DNA from: Eledone cirrhosa
Taxonomy: Eukaryota
NCBI GenBank assembly: GCA_964016885.1
Contig: OZ024740.1
Location: 182,528,001-182,592,000 of the forward strand
Length of the DNA: 64,000 nt
Reading direction: 5' to 3'
The notes under the pieces were generated by a model that saw only the letters and a program-made list of their open reading frames with translations, did not search any database and had not been told where the DNA came from. This document shows, one piece after another, positions 37,989-50,673 of the stretch. Made by a program: the position numbers and the translations under genes. Numbering within the stretch: position 1 is the first letter of the stretch; every line of letters begins with the position of its first letter.

Positions 37989-38850
37989 TTGGCAGTATCG
38001 GCAGAGGGTCGGACGCCATGCTTTGACGTATAGAGTTACGGCCCTTGCCATTCTGAGTTCAAATCCCGCCAAGGTTAACTTTGCCTTTCATCCTTACGAA
38101 GTCGATAAAATAAAGTACCAGTAATACACTGGGTAATTGCTGGCCTTGTGCCAAAAGTAGAAACACTTATTTTTATGGATTGGAAGTATCAGTAGAGAGT
38201 CGGGCACCATGCTTTGAAGCATAGAGTTAGGTTCCTTTATGATCTGAGTTCAAATCCAGCCGAGGTTAACTTTGCCTTTCATCCTTACGGGGTCGATAAA
38301 ATAAAGTACCAGTAATACACTGGATAATTGCTGGCCTTGTGCCGAAAGTAGAAACAATTATTATTATATTAATATTGTAAAGGGCAGTCAATTGGCAGGA
38401 ACAGTAGAGTGTTGGACAACATACTTTGCAGCATTGAGTTATGGCTCTCTACATTCTGAGTTCAAATCCTGGTGAGGTCAGCTTTGCCTTTCATCCTTAT
38501 GGGGTTGGACAAAGTTAAGTACCAGTAAAGTGCCAGTAATGCACCAGTAATGCACATTCCTCTCCCAAAAAATTGTTGGCCTTGTGCCTAAATCAGAAAC
38601 CAATATTATATTAATATTATCATTTTATCATCATCATCACTTTTGTTATCCAATGTTAGTGGATTGATTGAATTGTTAAGGCATTCACCAGACACAATAT
38701 ATATATATTCATGTGTTTTTATATTGTGTTCAAATCTCATCAAGGTCAATTTGGGGGTTGATAAAATAAAGTATCAGTAAAGTACTGGTATCAATGTTAT
38801 CGACTCTTCATTTCCCAAATATTGCTGGCCTTGTATTGAAATTAAAAATA
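37989..38850 (+). mobile_element. Head-to-tail cluster of four family-A SINEs of different ages
   Basis: Copies at about 37989-38168, 38176-38362, 38380-38606 and 38658-38850. Confidence 0.9.
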
Positions 38851-38962
38851 ATTCTCATAATTATTACTGTTACCTGATAATGATACAAGGCCAGCAATAT
38901 TTGGGAAATGAAGAGTCGATAACATTGATACCAGTACTTTACTGATACTTTATTTTATCAAC
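38757..38962. repeat. Perfect 80-bp inverted repeat, 46-bp spacer
   Basis: 38757-38836 is the exact reverse complement of 38883-38962. Confidence 0.95.
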
Positions 38963-40459
38963 TTTTATCATCTGATGCTCTAACAACTTTGCCAATTCAC
39001 TGCCTCATAAAAGATTTACAGAGGAGATGACAAAGGAACGGAATGAATAGAAAGATCCTGTGCTGAAAATGACTTGTCCAACCCATGCGTGCATGGAAAA
39101 ACGGACATAAAAATGATGATGATGATGATAAGAGAATTAGTTGTTTGTAGTAAACCCTTCTTTCATATAGAACTTGGCTCATATACTTAGCTGAAAGAAA
39201 TCAATGTAAAGCTGTGGCCGAAAATTGCTGGCAGCTGTAAAATATCCATTTAGAATGTATATGGAGTGAGGAACTCATATGGTATCCAAAATCAAGAATC
39301 TTAATGTTCGCAACATTTGTTTATTGCTCTACTATCAATGGTAAAACCTTATTTTAAGAGTCTCCATACAAAAGAAATCAATTGCATGATAATGCCTTTT
39401 GTCTAACAGTGAAGAGACACAGTCCACTGGCTGACAATATGATGGAGATAACAACTATTGCCATGAATAATACTGGTTTGCCCATTTCTCATTGTCTCAT
39501 GAATGACTTCATAAGACACTTTATTTATAGTTAGGACTCTTGATGGTCTTGGTTTCATCATGTGGAATAATTTTCAAAAAGCACTCTTATCTTCACTATA
39601 ATTTATAGCTGCATCTTAAACACCTCAAAGTCACCTATATTGTAATGTGGTCAGTCAACATTCTGTTGCTGACATCAAAGAGGGAATAATGTTAATTTTG
39701 GTTTTTATTGAGTTTAATAGCTCATTGTTAATTGCTAGTGGCTATGGCGTTCTAGATCATTAAGACTTCTAAATCACTGGCATATATTATATACTCATAA
39801 AATCTAGCTATCTTAGCGTAAATTAAATTTGTGTTCTGTAATGAGAGAAACTTAAAAATAGAAACATGACTATTTGGAGTAGACCAGCGAAAAGCTTCTA
39901 AATCTTTGTAAATTTGCAAAGTTTATTTAGATAACTGTGGCATATATTGATTGCTCAGAGTTTCAATATACAATAAAATAGAGAAATGATACTTTTCTGT
40001 AAAACCAATTAAAATTTAATTTAAGGCTTATAATCATTTTATATATAAGTAGAAAACTTTTTCAGAGATACAAACATTAGAAGTCATCATGCATATAGAA
40101 ATGAAATGCGAAGGGTTTACATACAAAATGTTTGTCTTTCTTTAATTTAACTGAGAAAATATAAACATCATTCATGAAATGTTAGAAGATGTAAGACATC
40201 TGTTTATTTCCTGTATAATTTACATGTTAAAGTATGTCTATATATGTGCATTCATTGATTACTACTATATATAGTAACATATACTTGCTAACACAGTAAG
40301 TGGATAACAAGAATTAATTTAAGTCTTCCATTAAATGTTGTATTAAAACTACATGCATTAAGAAATAGTTTCCATTTCTCAGTCTCAGAGAACATTCATA
40401 TTACTGTTTTGTATTCTGCAAATATTTTCATATAAACTCTCATTAACTATTTGGACTTG

Positions 40460-40642
40460 TGGCTTGGCAGTATCGGTAGAGGGTCGGACGCCATGCTTTG
40501 ACGCATAGAGTTACGGCCCTTGCCATTCTGAGTTCAAATCCCGCCGAGGTTAACTTTGCCTTTCATCCTTATGGGGTCGATAAAATAAAGTACCAGTAAT
40601 ACACTGGGTAATTGCTGGCCTTGTGCCAAAAGTAGAAACAAT
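40460..40642 (+). mobile_element. SINE family A, with 18-bp TSD
   Basis: TSD ATTAACTATTTGGACTTG at 40442-40459 and 40641-40658. Confidence 0.95.
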
Positions 40643-41228
40643 TAACTATTTGGACTTGCCAATAAATATACTTTAAAATAAGTAAAAATCCAAAGCTAAG
40701 TCTGATTGCTCTTATTGCTATTTTGTTTATTGATTCATTGGTAGCCATGTTAAAATAAGTTAATTATTTTGTATGGGTTGTATAATGTGAACTTAGCAGA
40801 AGAATTTGAGTGCAAAAAAGTTGATTAGGAAAGTGATTTGAATATATTTATAGGCAATATATTTACATTACATCTTTAAACTCCTAATATGTTGGAGACA
40901 ACATATAACTAGTTTAAAGATGTAATATAAATGAATGAAAGTTGAAGTGAAAATGTCACGCATAATGATACTAAAGTCTACAAAAATCAAAGTTGGTCTT
41001 AAAGATCATAGCAAAAATAGTTAAAGCAACTTTAAATATGAACAACACTAAAATCAGATACACTTATACTGAATAATTGGCATACTTATGCAGGCAGAGC
41101 CGGATTTATTGGAGGCTAGGGTGGAGGGCAAATGTCCAAGGCCCCTCTCATCAAACAGAGTGCCCCTCACCAAATAGAGCGCCTTCTCTCGCTTTTTCTA
41201 TTTATGTATACATATATATATATATATA

Positions 41229-41460
41229 GCACCCAGCCCACACTGTAAAGTGGACGTGTAGGCGCCACGAAAAAGCACCCAGCACTCACTGTAAATGAGG
41301 TTGGTGTTAGGAAGGGCATCCAACTGTAGAAATCAAGCCAAATCAGTTCCTGTATGAGCAAGGCATGGTCAGCCGACCAGACACTGCCCACAACAGGACA
41401 ACCTGTCTAACCCATGCTAGCGTGGAAGAACGGATGTAAAACGGTGATGATGATGATGAT
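41229..41460 (+). mobile_element. RTE-3 3'UTR module with (GAT)n tail
   Basis: GCACCCAGCCCACACTGTAAA repeats, GTTAGGAAGGGCATCCAACTGTAGAAA, CCCATGCTAGCGTGGAA..GATGATGAT. Confidence 0.85.
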
Positions 41461-42459
41461 ATATATATATATATATATATTTATAAATTTAAAGATATAG
41501 TACTAGGAAAAACAATGACTAGGCATGAAGTAGAGGTTAGAGAAGAAAAATTTAATTAGACTCCGTTCTTTAAAATGTTTCACTAAAAACATCAGTCTAT
41601 GAGTGCTGATTGCATATTATTATTGTGCTCAATCAACAAGCATTACATAAAATACTACATTTCATCAGAAAGTGTTCATAGTTCAAGGTGAGGTTGTGGC
41701 ATCTTGCAGTAAGGATTTTTTTATGCTATCTACTCAGACTTAAAGGCAACTGTTTTACACTAATAGAGATGAAGCAGAAAAGGTAGGCGTGGGAGAGACA
41801 AGATGAGTAAAGTAAGCAACAATAATATAAAATGAGCGAGGATAAAAACAAAATAATAATAATTTAAAGGGTGTACGTTTACATGCACACTTGTATATAT
41901 ATATATATTTATATATATATGTATGTATATATGTAGATATGCACATTTACATACATATACACACACACATATATATACATACATACACACATATATATAT
42001 ACACACACATATGAAAATACACAGGAAGACATATACCCATAAAGGGGCGTTGAAGACCAGTAAGCAGTGAGAATAGAAAATTAAAGAGCAAATAGTTTAG
42101 TAAATTGGAAGGGAAATTGTAGATAAGAAGTCAGTGAAGGAAAGAAGAAGGGGGGGGGGGGACGGTGGTCGAAGCATCTAGAATAGATAAACTAAAGAGT
42201 GATGACGGTAATAAATGTTTTCTTACCAGACTTTCCCTGAAGGAAAAGATAGATTGGGGAATCCATTAATATGTAGATTGTCACCATAAGATCCTGGCAG
42301 TTGTTGATTGGGTAGGAGCAATATGTAGAGTGGAAAATGAGATGAAAGATCGAACCTAATGCTAGTCAAAGAGGAAATTATTGTTTTAGTTATGTAGTTA
42401 AAGGGGCTTAGAGGAAACATGTTATAGGAGCAGGCTATCTAGACAAGAGAATAGGTATT

Positions 42460-42860
42460 ATGCTAATCAGGGTGGTACCTGGCAAAGGTACGTAAATCCC
42501 TGTGTTGGCAATTAAAAATCCTGTTCTGGCAAGAGTTCAACAGATCCAAGCCAGTCATAATCTTCATTACCTCCATCAAAGGTCGCAAGAGCAACTTTCA
42601 TTTTTGTTTGGGTGTGTGAACCTTAATACGGACCAGGAGAGTGTATAATCCATATTGTTTTGCTTCATATCCTAGATCTTTTTGGCAAGGGTGGTTGACT
42701 TGTTCAGCCTAGGGTTCTTGAATGAATGTGAGTGCACGTACCATCTCTTCTTAAAAAAGTTAGAAGTTGCACACATACTTATATGCCCCAAAATAGTTTT
42801 GATCACACACTGGTAAACCATGTTCTTATGCACTTTCCATTTAAGGGATAGCTTCATATA
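42460..42860 (-). pseudogene. Decayed PLE GIY-YIG endonuclease C-terminus, family P3
   Basis: PLNGKC..NMVYQCVIKT...FKKRWYVHSHSFKN..STTLAKKI*DMKQNNMDYTLSWSVL...CSCDL...LLN...CQHR...HPD*; followed by pyrimidine-rich pLTR-like DNA to about 41760. Confidence 0.75.
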
Positions 42861-44544
42861 CATGATGTTTGTTTACATCTGATAGCTGAGATTCAGCTTT
42901 CTAATTTTAGCAGTAATAGTTGTCACAGTCTCTTGACTTAAAGGTTTAAATCACATAGCTGGTATCTGGTAGATGTGGGGTTTGATTCCTCATTATGGCA
43001 GATGGCAACTTCTTTATCCATCTTTAAAGGTCTTCCCCCTGTATTATAAGCTATTTATAGCATCTCGATGCATAAGCACATCATTCTTTACATTAACGTT
43101 TTCTTCTCAAAGCGATTGGCTATGTATACACAATGATAGTTTTTATTATTTTTAAAACATTCTCACATTAGTAGTTTAGTTCAACCATACTCATACAATG
43201 TGTAATTTCCCCCAATTTTCTTCTAAGAAATTGTCAAATACCTTTAGCATTCCTAGAAAAAAGATTAGCTAAGATGAGATGCAGTTCATATTTGAAGGCT
43301 GGATTGTATAATCTTTGTGTAGAAAATTGCAATGCTGCATTCTGAAAAAACATAGGTATGTGTAGAATGGAAGGAATCAGGTATAGTGTGTAAAAGAAAA
43401 GACTAAGCTAACATACCCATATGATGCATATTGAGGATGGCAGTTGGGTAAAGAAGTGCCAAGTGATCCAAGGATCATGCAAATGGGGAAGACTAAATAA
43501 AGTGTAAAGAAGTGAGGAAAGCAGGCTTAACCTCACATATAAATGATAAAAGGCTACATCAACTAGTCTGACAATGTGTTGGAGAATACTCATCCAACTT
43601 ATGCAAGCATGGAGAAATGGGCATAAAATAAGAATGATCATTCATTTTATCACACGAAATCATGCTAAAATAAATCAGTTTAGATATTCTTCAGATGTTA
43701 GAAGAGGTAATTTTCAATTCATTTAATGTGAGAAATTCAACATTTCTACGGACCCTCCACATGTTAAAAATTTGAAATTTTATCAATTTCCATACAATTT
43801 ATAATGCATCAAATTTCTTTGGAATTAATCACGTTCTCTCACCAAAACATGCTGAAGAATCATTTAAATGATTCTGAATATTTTACGGTAGAAAATAATT
43901 CAACTTCTTTAATGTGTGTAATATAGAAATTCCCTCAATAATTCATATTATGAATAATTTTACGAATAGCTAGCTCATGGAATTCTCTAAAATAAATAGT
44001 ATGTAACAGTGACTACAAGAAGACATTCAGTGAAAATACAATTTATATATAAAGAAATAACTTGTGAATATTTAAAGACCATACTCATTGATGCCTCTAT
44101 AAAATACCAGGATGGTATCTTTGTATATTAAACCTAATATTTGGTGTATAAAAGCATAGTGACATCAGCTGTCCATCAATAAATATCAAGCCTCTTACAT
44201 TCTTCCAAACCTCTCAGCAATTACTAATGTTGAGGACATTTTAAATTTATAGCAAAGTAGCATGGACTATATGTTTGTGTTGTGTTGAATAATGCATCAA
44301 ACATCATGAAATAAAACTGACATTTATATATTCATGGCAATTACTATTATATGAATAGATAATGGAATATTTAGGTATGAGTCAAGTCATAACATACTTG
44401 CAAACATACAAACAATGCCAATATGAAAAACAGATGTAAAATGGTCATCATGATGATTACGATGATATATATGTATATATGTGTGTGGGTATATATTTTT
44501 GTATATGTATATAACATATTTATATATATATATATATATACAAT

Positions 44545-44679
44545 TGTTTCTACTTTTGGCACAAGGCCAGCAAATACCCAGTATATTACTGGTACTTTAT
44601 TTCATCGACCCTGTAAGGATGAAATAAAGTACCAGTAATGTACTGGATAATTGCTGGCCTTGTGCCAAAAGTAGAAACA
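44545..44679. repeat. Fold-back SINE-A (3' halves joined as a hairpin)
   Basis: Arms about 62 bp (44545-44606 / 44618-44679), about 3 mismatches. Confidence 0.9.
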
Positions 44680-44751
44680 TGTATATAATGTATTTATATA
44701 TATATAATGTATTTATATATGTATATAATGTATTTATATATAAATACATAC

Positions 44752-45010
44752 TACAAAGTGGTCGTGGAGGTGCCACGGCAAAAAAGCACCCAGCCCACAC
44801 TGTAAAGTGGGCGTGTAGGCGCCACGGAAAAAAAGCACCCAGCACTCACTGTAAATGGGGTTGGTGTTAGGAAGGGCATCCAGTTGTAGAAATCAAGCCA
44901 AAATCAGTTCCTGTATGAGCAAGGCATGGTCAGCCGACCAGACACTGCCCACAACAGGACGCTAGCATGGAAGAACGGACGTAAAACAGTGATGATGATG
45001 ATGATGATGA
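44752..45010 (+). mobile_element. RTE-3 3'UTR module with (GAT)n tail
   Basis: Matches 41229-41460. Confidence 0.85.
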
Positions 45011-45100
45011 TATATATATATATATAATGTATATATATATATATATATATAATGTATTTATATATATATATATAATGTATTTATATATGTATATAATGTA

Positions 45101-45888
45101 TTTGGCACGGGTGGTCTTGTCCAACCGCCTCTTGAGCACATCCCTTATGCCGTTGAACGCCTTCCATCCGGCCCTTACTCTCTGCGAGAACTCCCTCTCA
45201 ATGTCTCGGCGCATGTTCACTTCTTGTCCCAAGTAGACATATACCTCCACCTCCTTTATTTCATCACCGCCAACCACCATTCGACCTGTTGGTACGTTGT
45301 TGGACCGCATGAACTTCATTTTCATGCAGTTCCTCTTGAGGCCTACTGCAGAGCTTTTGATGTCGAGCTCCATCAGCATGGTCTGCAGCTGATCCGTGGT
45401 TTCAGTGATGAGTACGATGTCATCAGTGCAAACCTCTTCAATAGCACAGTTTTACCTGCAATGTTATATGGCAGTGAAACTTGGGCTACAACGAAGAGAG
45501 AAGAGCAGAGGCTGGTAACGGCTCAAAGAGCCATGGAGAGATCAATGCTAGGAATCTCGTTGAGAGAGCACATCAGGAGCGAAGTCATCAGACAGAAGTC
45601 CGGCATGAGGGACGTCATCACGGAATATATGTGCAGCAAGTTCAGATGGGCTGGACACGTCGCCCGGTTTACCGATAATCGGTGATGCCGCACAGTTGCC
45701 GAGTGGTACCCGCGCGAGTCGAAACGACCACTCGGAAGGCCTCCACGAGGGTGGAGTTACGATTTTGAGAATACGATTGGGAATACATGGATGAGGAAAG
45801 CACGATCCAGAGAGGAATGGATGGCGTGCTGTGACCAGCGGTGCTGAATGGACGTCCGGCAGACTGGTCGGTCAAGGTGGTCAAGGTG
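45101..45888. mobile_element. RTE family RTE-4 (no PHD, GC-rich) with 5' inversion; tail TCAAGGTGGTCAAGGTG
   Basis: Minus 45425-45101: DDIVLI...VGLK...YVYLGQEV...AGWKAF..TTRA; plus from 45426: ANLFNSTVLPAMLYGSETW...KFRWAGHVARFTDNR...RPLGRPP; ATAATGTATTT on both flanks. Confidence 0.9.
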
Positions 45889-45933
45889 ATAATGTATTTA
45901 TATATATATATATATATATATAATATATTTATA

Positions 45934-47521
45934 TCATCATCATCATCATCGTTTAACGTCCCTGTTCCACGCTTGCATGGGTTTGGACTGGGGTTTTCCC
46001 ACTTGAGGCAAGAGTGGTTGTCTTGCTCGCATAGGACTGTCTGGCGGGTTTTCTACAGCTGGATGCCCTTCCTAACACCAACCACATTTACAATGTGGGA
46101 CTGGGAGGTTTTTACCGTGTTGCCTACACGGTCACATTACAGCGTGGACTGTGTGTTTTTTTTTGTCGTGACACCTACACGATCTCATTTGTTTCGGCCT
46201 GGATGTTGTGGCACCAACATAACTTTGCATTGAAGGGGGCGGTGTGGATGGGGTGTGACAGGGGCGTATTTTGATAGAGATGCCTACTGACTAGTAGGTT
46301 TTACTTTGTATTTAGGTAAGGCAGGTCTTCTCTGTTACTGAGTACCGCCAAAAGTCTCGGTCCAATGACATTGTCTTGGAGAGGTGTAAGTGTGTGAGGT
46401 CGGAATTTATCAGGTCGTCCCAGGTTTTTCTGGGTCTGCCTACTCCGTGGCTACCGTCTATCTTTATTGCCCTGCACTTTGTTATACAGCTGTCATCTTT
46501 CATGCGCATCACGTGACCATACCAACGTAGCCTTCTCTCGAGTAAACAACATCTGATCCCTCTTATTTCTAATTTTTTCCTTAGTTCGTTTATGCTTAGC
46601 CGTTCACGTATATTACTATTACACATCCAGTGGAGCATGCAAGCTTCGTTCCTCTCTAGTCTGCGTATATCCTCTGCACACAATGCCCAGGTCTCACTGC
46701 CATGCAACATTGCTGTTCGTATGCAGGCATCATACATCCTGCCTTTCATTTTTAGGGAGAACCCTTTGGCGGCTAATAGTGGTATAAGCTCTCTGAACTT
46801 TTTCCATCCAGTTCTGACTCTAGCTACTGTACTTTCAGAGCACCCTCCCCCACTGCTGATTTTGTCACCCAGGTAACGGAATCTGTCCACTATTTCTATA
46901 GAACCCTCTGCGCAATTGAAAGAGTTAGTATTTTGTGGGCACTTGCTGCTACTTATTGCACCAGAACACCGCCCACATGTAAAATCTGTGTTCTTAGTTA
47001 GCTTACCTGTGATCCCACTACATCTTTTATGCACCTATACTTTGCATTTGGGACATAAAATGGAGTTTCTACCTACGCCTTTCCTACACACTGAGCATGG
47101 CCATTTCCTGGAGAGGACCGGCGCCTTATTTTCTTTCCTACAAACTAGAACTTTAGTCTTAGCCAGGTAAATTTTAAGGCCTTTTGATTCTAGGCCGTGC
47201 TTCCATGTTTGGAATTTCTTCTCTAGCTCGGCCATTGATTCAGCTATGAGCGTTAGATCATCTGCGTATAGGAGTTCCCATGGGCAGCCGGTCTTGAACT
47301 CCTCTGTTATAGCCTGAAGGGCAATAATAAATAGTAGAGGGCTAAGAACAGAGCCCTGATGGACACCAACTTTTACGCTAAACTCTTCACTATATTCGTT
47401 GTTAATTCTAACCTTGCTGACTGTTTCTTTATACATGGCTTGTATGGCTCTCACAAGCCATTCGTCAACACCTAGTTTTCTAAGAGCCCACCAGATAATG
47501 GAACGGGGGACTCTGTCGAAG
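45934..47521 (-). mobile_element. 5'-truncated RTE-1 copy
   Basis: Near-identical to 6215-7805; YADD intact; stop in the PHD (W>*). Confidence 0.95.
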
Positions 47522-47674
47522 TCTTTATATATATATAATTCATTTATATATGTATATAATGTATTTATATATGTATATAATGTATTTATATATGTATATA
47601 ATGTATTTATATGTATATATAATGTATTTATATATATATATATATATAAAATGTATTTATATATATTTATGATG

Positions 47675-48616
47675 TCATCATCATCATCATCATCATCGTT
47701 TAACGTCCGTGTTCCATGCTTGCATGGGTTTGGACGGGAGTTTTCCCACTTGAGGCAAGAGTGGTTGTCTTGCTCGCATAGGACTGTCTGGCGGGTTTTC
47801 TACAGTTGGATGCCCTTCCTAACACCAACCACATTTACAGTGTGGGGCTGGGAGGTTTTTACCGTGTTGCCTACACGGCCACATTACAGCGTGGACTGTC
47901 TGGCAGGTTTTCTACAGCTGGATGCCCTTCCTAACACCAACCACATTTACAGTGTGGGACTGGGACGTTTTTACCGTGTTGCCTACACGGTCACATTACA
48001 GCGTGGACTGTGTGTTTTTTTTGTCATGACACCTACACGATCTCATTTGTTTCGGTCTGGATTTTGTGGCACCTACATAACTTTACATTGAAAGGGGCGG
48101 TGTGGATGGGGTGGGGGGTGGGGCGTGGAGTGTATTTTGTTAGAGATGCCTACTGACTGTAGTAGGTTTTTCTTTGTATTTAGGTAACGCGGGTCTTCTC
48201 TATTACTGAGTACCGCCAAAGCTCTCGGTCCAGTGACATTGTCTTGGAGAGGTGTAAGTGTGTGAGGTCGGAATTTATCAGCTCGTCCCAGGTTTTTCTG
48301 GGTCTGCCTACTCCGTGGCTACCATCTATCTTTATTGCCCTGCACTTTTTTATACAGCTGTCGTCTTTCATGCGCATCACGTGACCATACCAACGTAGCC
48401 TTCTCTCGAGTAAACAACATCTGATCCCTCTTATTTCTAATTTTTTCCTTAGTTCATTTATGCTTTGCCGTTCGCGTATATTACTATTACACATCCAGCG
48501 GAGCATGCAAGCTTCGTTCCTCTCTAGTCTGCGTATATCCTCTGCACACAATGCCCAGGTCTCACTGCCATGCAACATTGCTGTTCGTATGCAGGCATCA
48601 TACAACCTGCCTTTCA
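47675..48616 (-). mobile_element. 5'-truncated RTE-1 copy with a tandem duplication of about 110 bp in the 3'UTR
   Basis: GGACTGTCTGGC...CACATTACAGCGTGGACTGT present twice (about 47781-48010). Confidence 0.93.
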
Positions 48617-48639
48617 CTGTATTTATATATATATATATG

Positions 48640-49424
48640 TAGGAGGTGTGTTTTATTGTAGCACAATAAAGCAATGTAAATATCAGATAAGTAGCACTCA
48701 ACAGTTTATAGGACTGGAGTATAACAAATGTAAAATCAAAAGATGGTTAAAAGAGTTCCATGTATTTTATTACGCGCATTTCAAAAACATAAGTTCATAA
48801 TTCATTTAACCTTATCTTCATTCACCTTATCTTCTTAATATATTTTATTTTAATAATACATTTTAATAAATTCCTTTTAGCACATCTTATTAAACCCTTC
48901 AATATATAAACCTTAAATAAATAGTATTCTTAATTCCTTTTTCTTTAATCATAAGCATCACCATTCATAAACCTCATTAACTTTTAATTTCTAAATTTGT
49001 TTAAATTATGTATTATCTTACAACGTTTTTTTTTATTTTACTCTGTGAGACATTGTTTCTCAGTATTAAAGGTTATATCTCTCTCTCACTCATTTTCTTC
49101 TCCTCCTCATCCTTCCTTCTTATACTCCTCCTACGTCATTCTTTCCTTATTATTATTTTTTCTTTTTCTTCTATCTCTATGTTTTCTTCCTCTTCCTTAC
49201 CTTTTCTTTCCCACTTCATTTCCTTTTTTCCAATCTCATATATTCGTCTAATTTTATTTTTCATATGTTGATTTGACACTTCACTGCTCGCAAGTGTTTT
49301 TTAAGCTTCATATCATGTCCCCCTATTTTATCTGACGAGAACGCAAATATCATCCCATGATGATATTTGTTTTTGAAATGCGCATAATAAAATACATGGA
49401 ACTCTTTTAACCATCTTTTGATTT

Positions 49425-49428
<4 letters not shown>
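48640..49428. mobile_element. Non-coding PLE-type pLTR pair in divergent orientation (48640-48788 minus, 48790-49428 plus)
   Basis: About 60-bp inverted repeat 48729-48788 / 49368-49427; HHR in the plus copy; (TA)n both sides. Confidence 0.75.
49324..49394 (+). ncRNA. Minimal type I hammerhead ribozyme (best conserved in window)
   Basis: TATTTTAT-CTGACGA-[GAACGCAAATATCATC-CCAT-GATGATATTTGTTTTT]-GAAA-TGCGCA-TA-ATAAAATA: 8-bp stem I, long stem II, palindromic stem III ATGCGCAT, AUA cleavage triplet. Confidence 0.8.
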
Positions 49429-49471
<43 letters not shown>

Positions 49472-49487
49472 GTATTTATATATATAT

Positions 49488-49620
49488 ATAATTGTTTCTA
49501 CATTTGGCACAAGGCCAGCAATTATTCCAGTGTATTACTGGTACTTTATTTTATCGACCCCGTAAGGATGAAAGGCAAAGTTAACTTTGGCGGGATTTGA
49601 ACTCAGAATGGTAAGGGCTG
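49488..49620 (-). mobile_element. SINE family A, 5'-truncated
   Basis: Consensus match from tail to B box. Confidence 0.88.
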
Positions 49621-50249
49621 TATATGCATATAGTAATGTGCACGTGTGTGGGTGTATACACTAACAAACAAATAAAAGTGAAAAAGAAATCACTGAAACA
49701 TTGAATATACTTATTAGTTATAAAACAAATAGACTTCGTTAATAAGTGCTATTGGATTCCTAAATATTATTTTATTCTATGGATGTTAGCAGAAAATAGT
49801 ATAGTTGGTGAATTGGCTGAGTTGTTAAAGCAGCATATAGATTGTTTGTGTTATTTGGTTTAGTTTTTTGTGCTTTGAATTCAAATACCATCTACGCTAA
49901 CTTTACTTATCTCACTACCGGGGTCAATGAATAAAGTACCAGTAACGTACTGGGGATTGATTCTTTCTCTCTTTTCCTATCTTTCTCACTGAATCAGCTA
50001 CATTTGTCTGTGGGAAGAATCATATGAGATCGCCACTCACTGATTAGGGCCAATGCTTTTATCAGGTTTCATTATCTTTCATGACATTTTACACATTAAA
50101 AAAGCCACCCCTGTAGCATTGTATCAGAAGAATTTCAGATCAATAATGGTAGGTCATGAGTGTTGCATAGACAACATTTTTGGGGGAAACAAGAAATTTT
50201 ATATATTATCATCACCATCACCGTTTAACGTCTATTTTTCTCTGCTAGC

Positions 50250-50292
<43 letters not shown>

Positions 50293-50587
50293 AATAAAAG
50301 GCACAGTTAATAACTCATACTGATTATCCTGTAATTAACAAGCTCAAAGTATAAATACTGAGCATTTTAATAATATATGTAGTAATAAACACAGTAAATC
50401 ATGTGTCCAAAATGAGTTATTAATTCTGCCTTTTATTTGTATTTCGGCTCCCTAACTAGGTGAGTTTATAAGTTTTAGGCTATAGTTTCTAGCCAATCCA
50501 CTCACACCACTTTTGACTTCTAGCACACGAGGTGAAATATTCATTCGTGTGTCTTTTGGCTTAGGTGTTTGTTTCATTTAATCTAAT

Positions 50588-50673
50588 TCTCTCGCTGATG
50601 ATGCCCACGGATTATCTGTTACAAACATAATTCTCAGGGCGAAACAGATTAAATCCCTCATCTATTCGGGAGA
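50588..50673 (+). ncRNA. Type I HHR motif with full stem III (one core mismatch)
   Basis: TCTCTCG-CTGATGA-T-GCCC...GGGC-GAAA-CAGAT...ATCT-ATT-CGGGAGA. Confidence 0.6.

Noticed and set aside
41096-41180. CAGAGCCGGATTTA hAT-like terminus (also CAGTGGCACAG at 60422)
   Set aside because: No matching second TIR or TSD found
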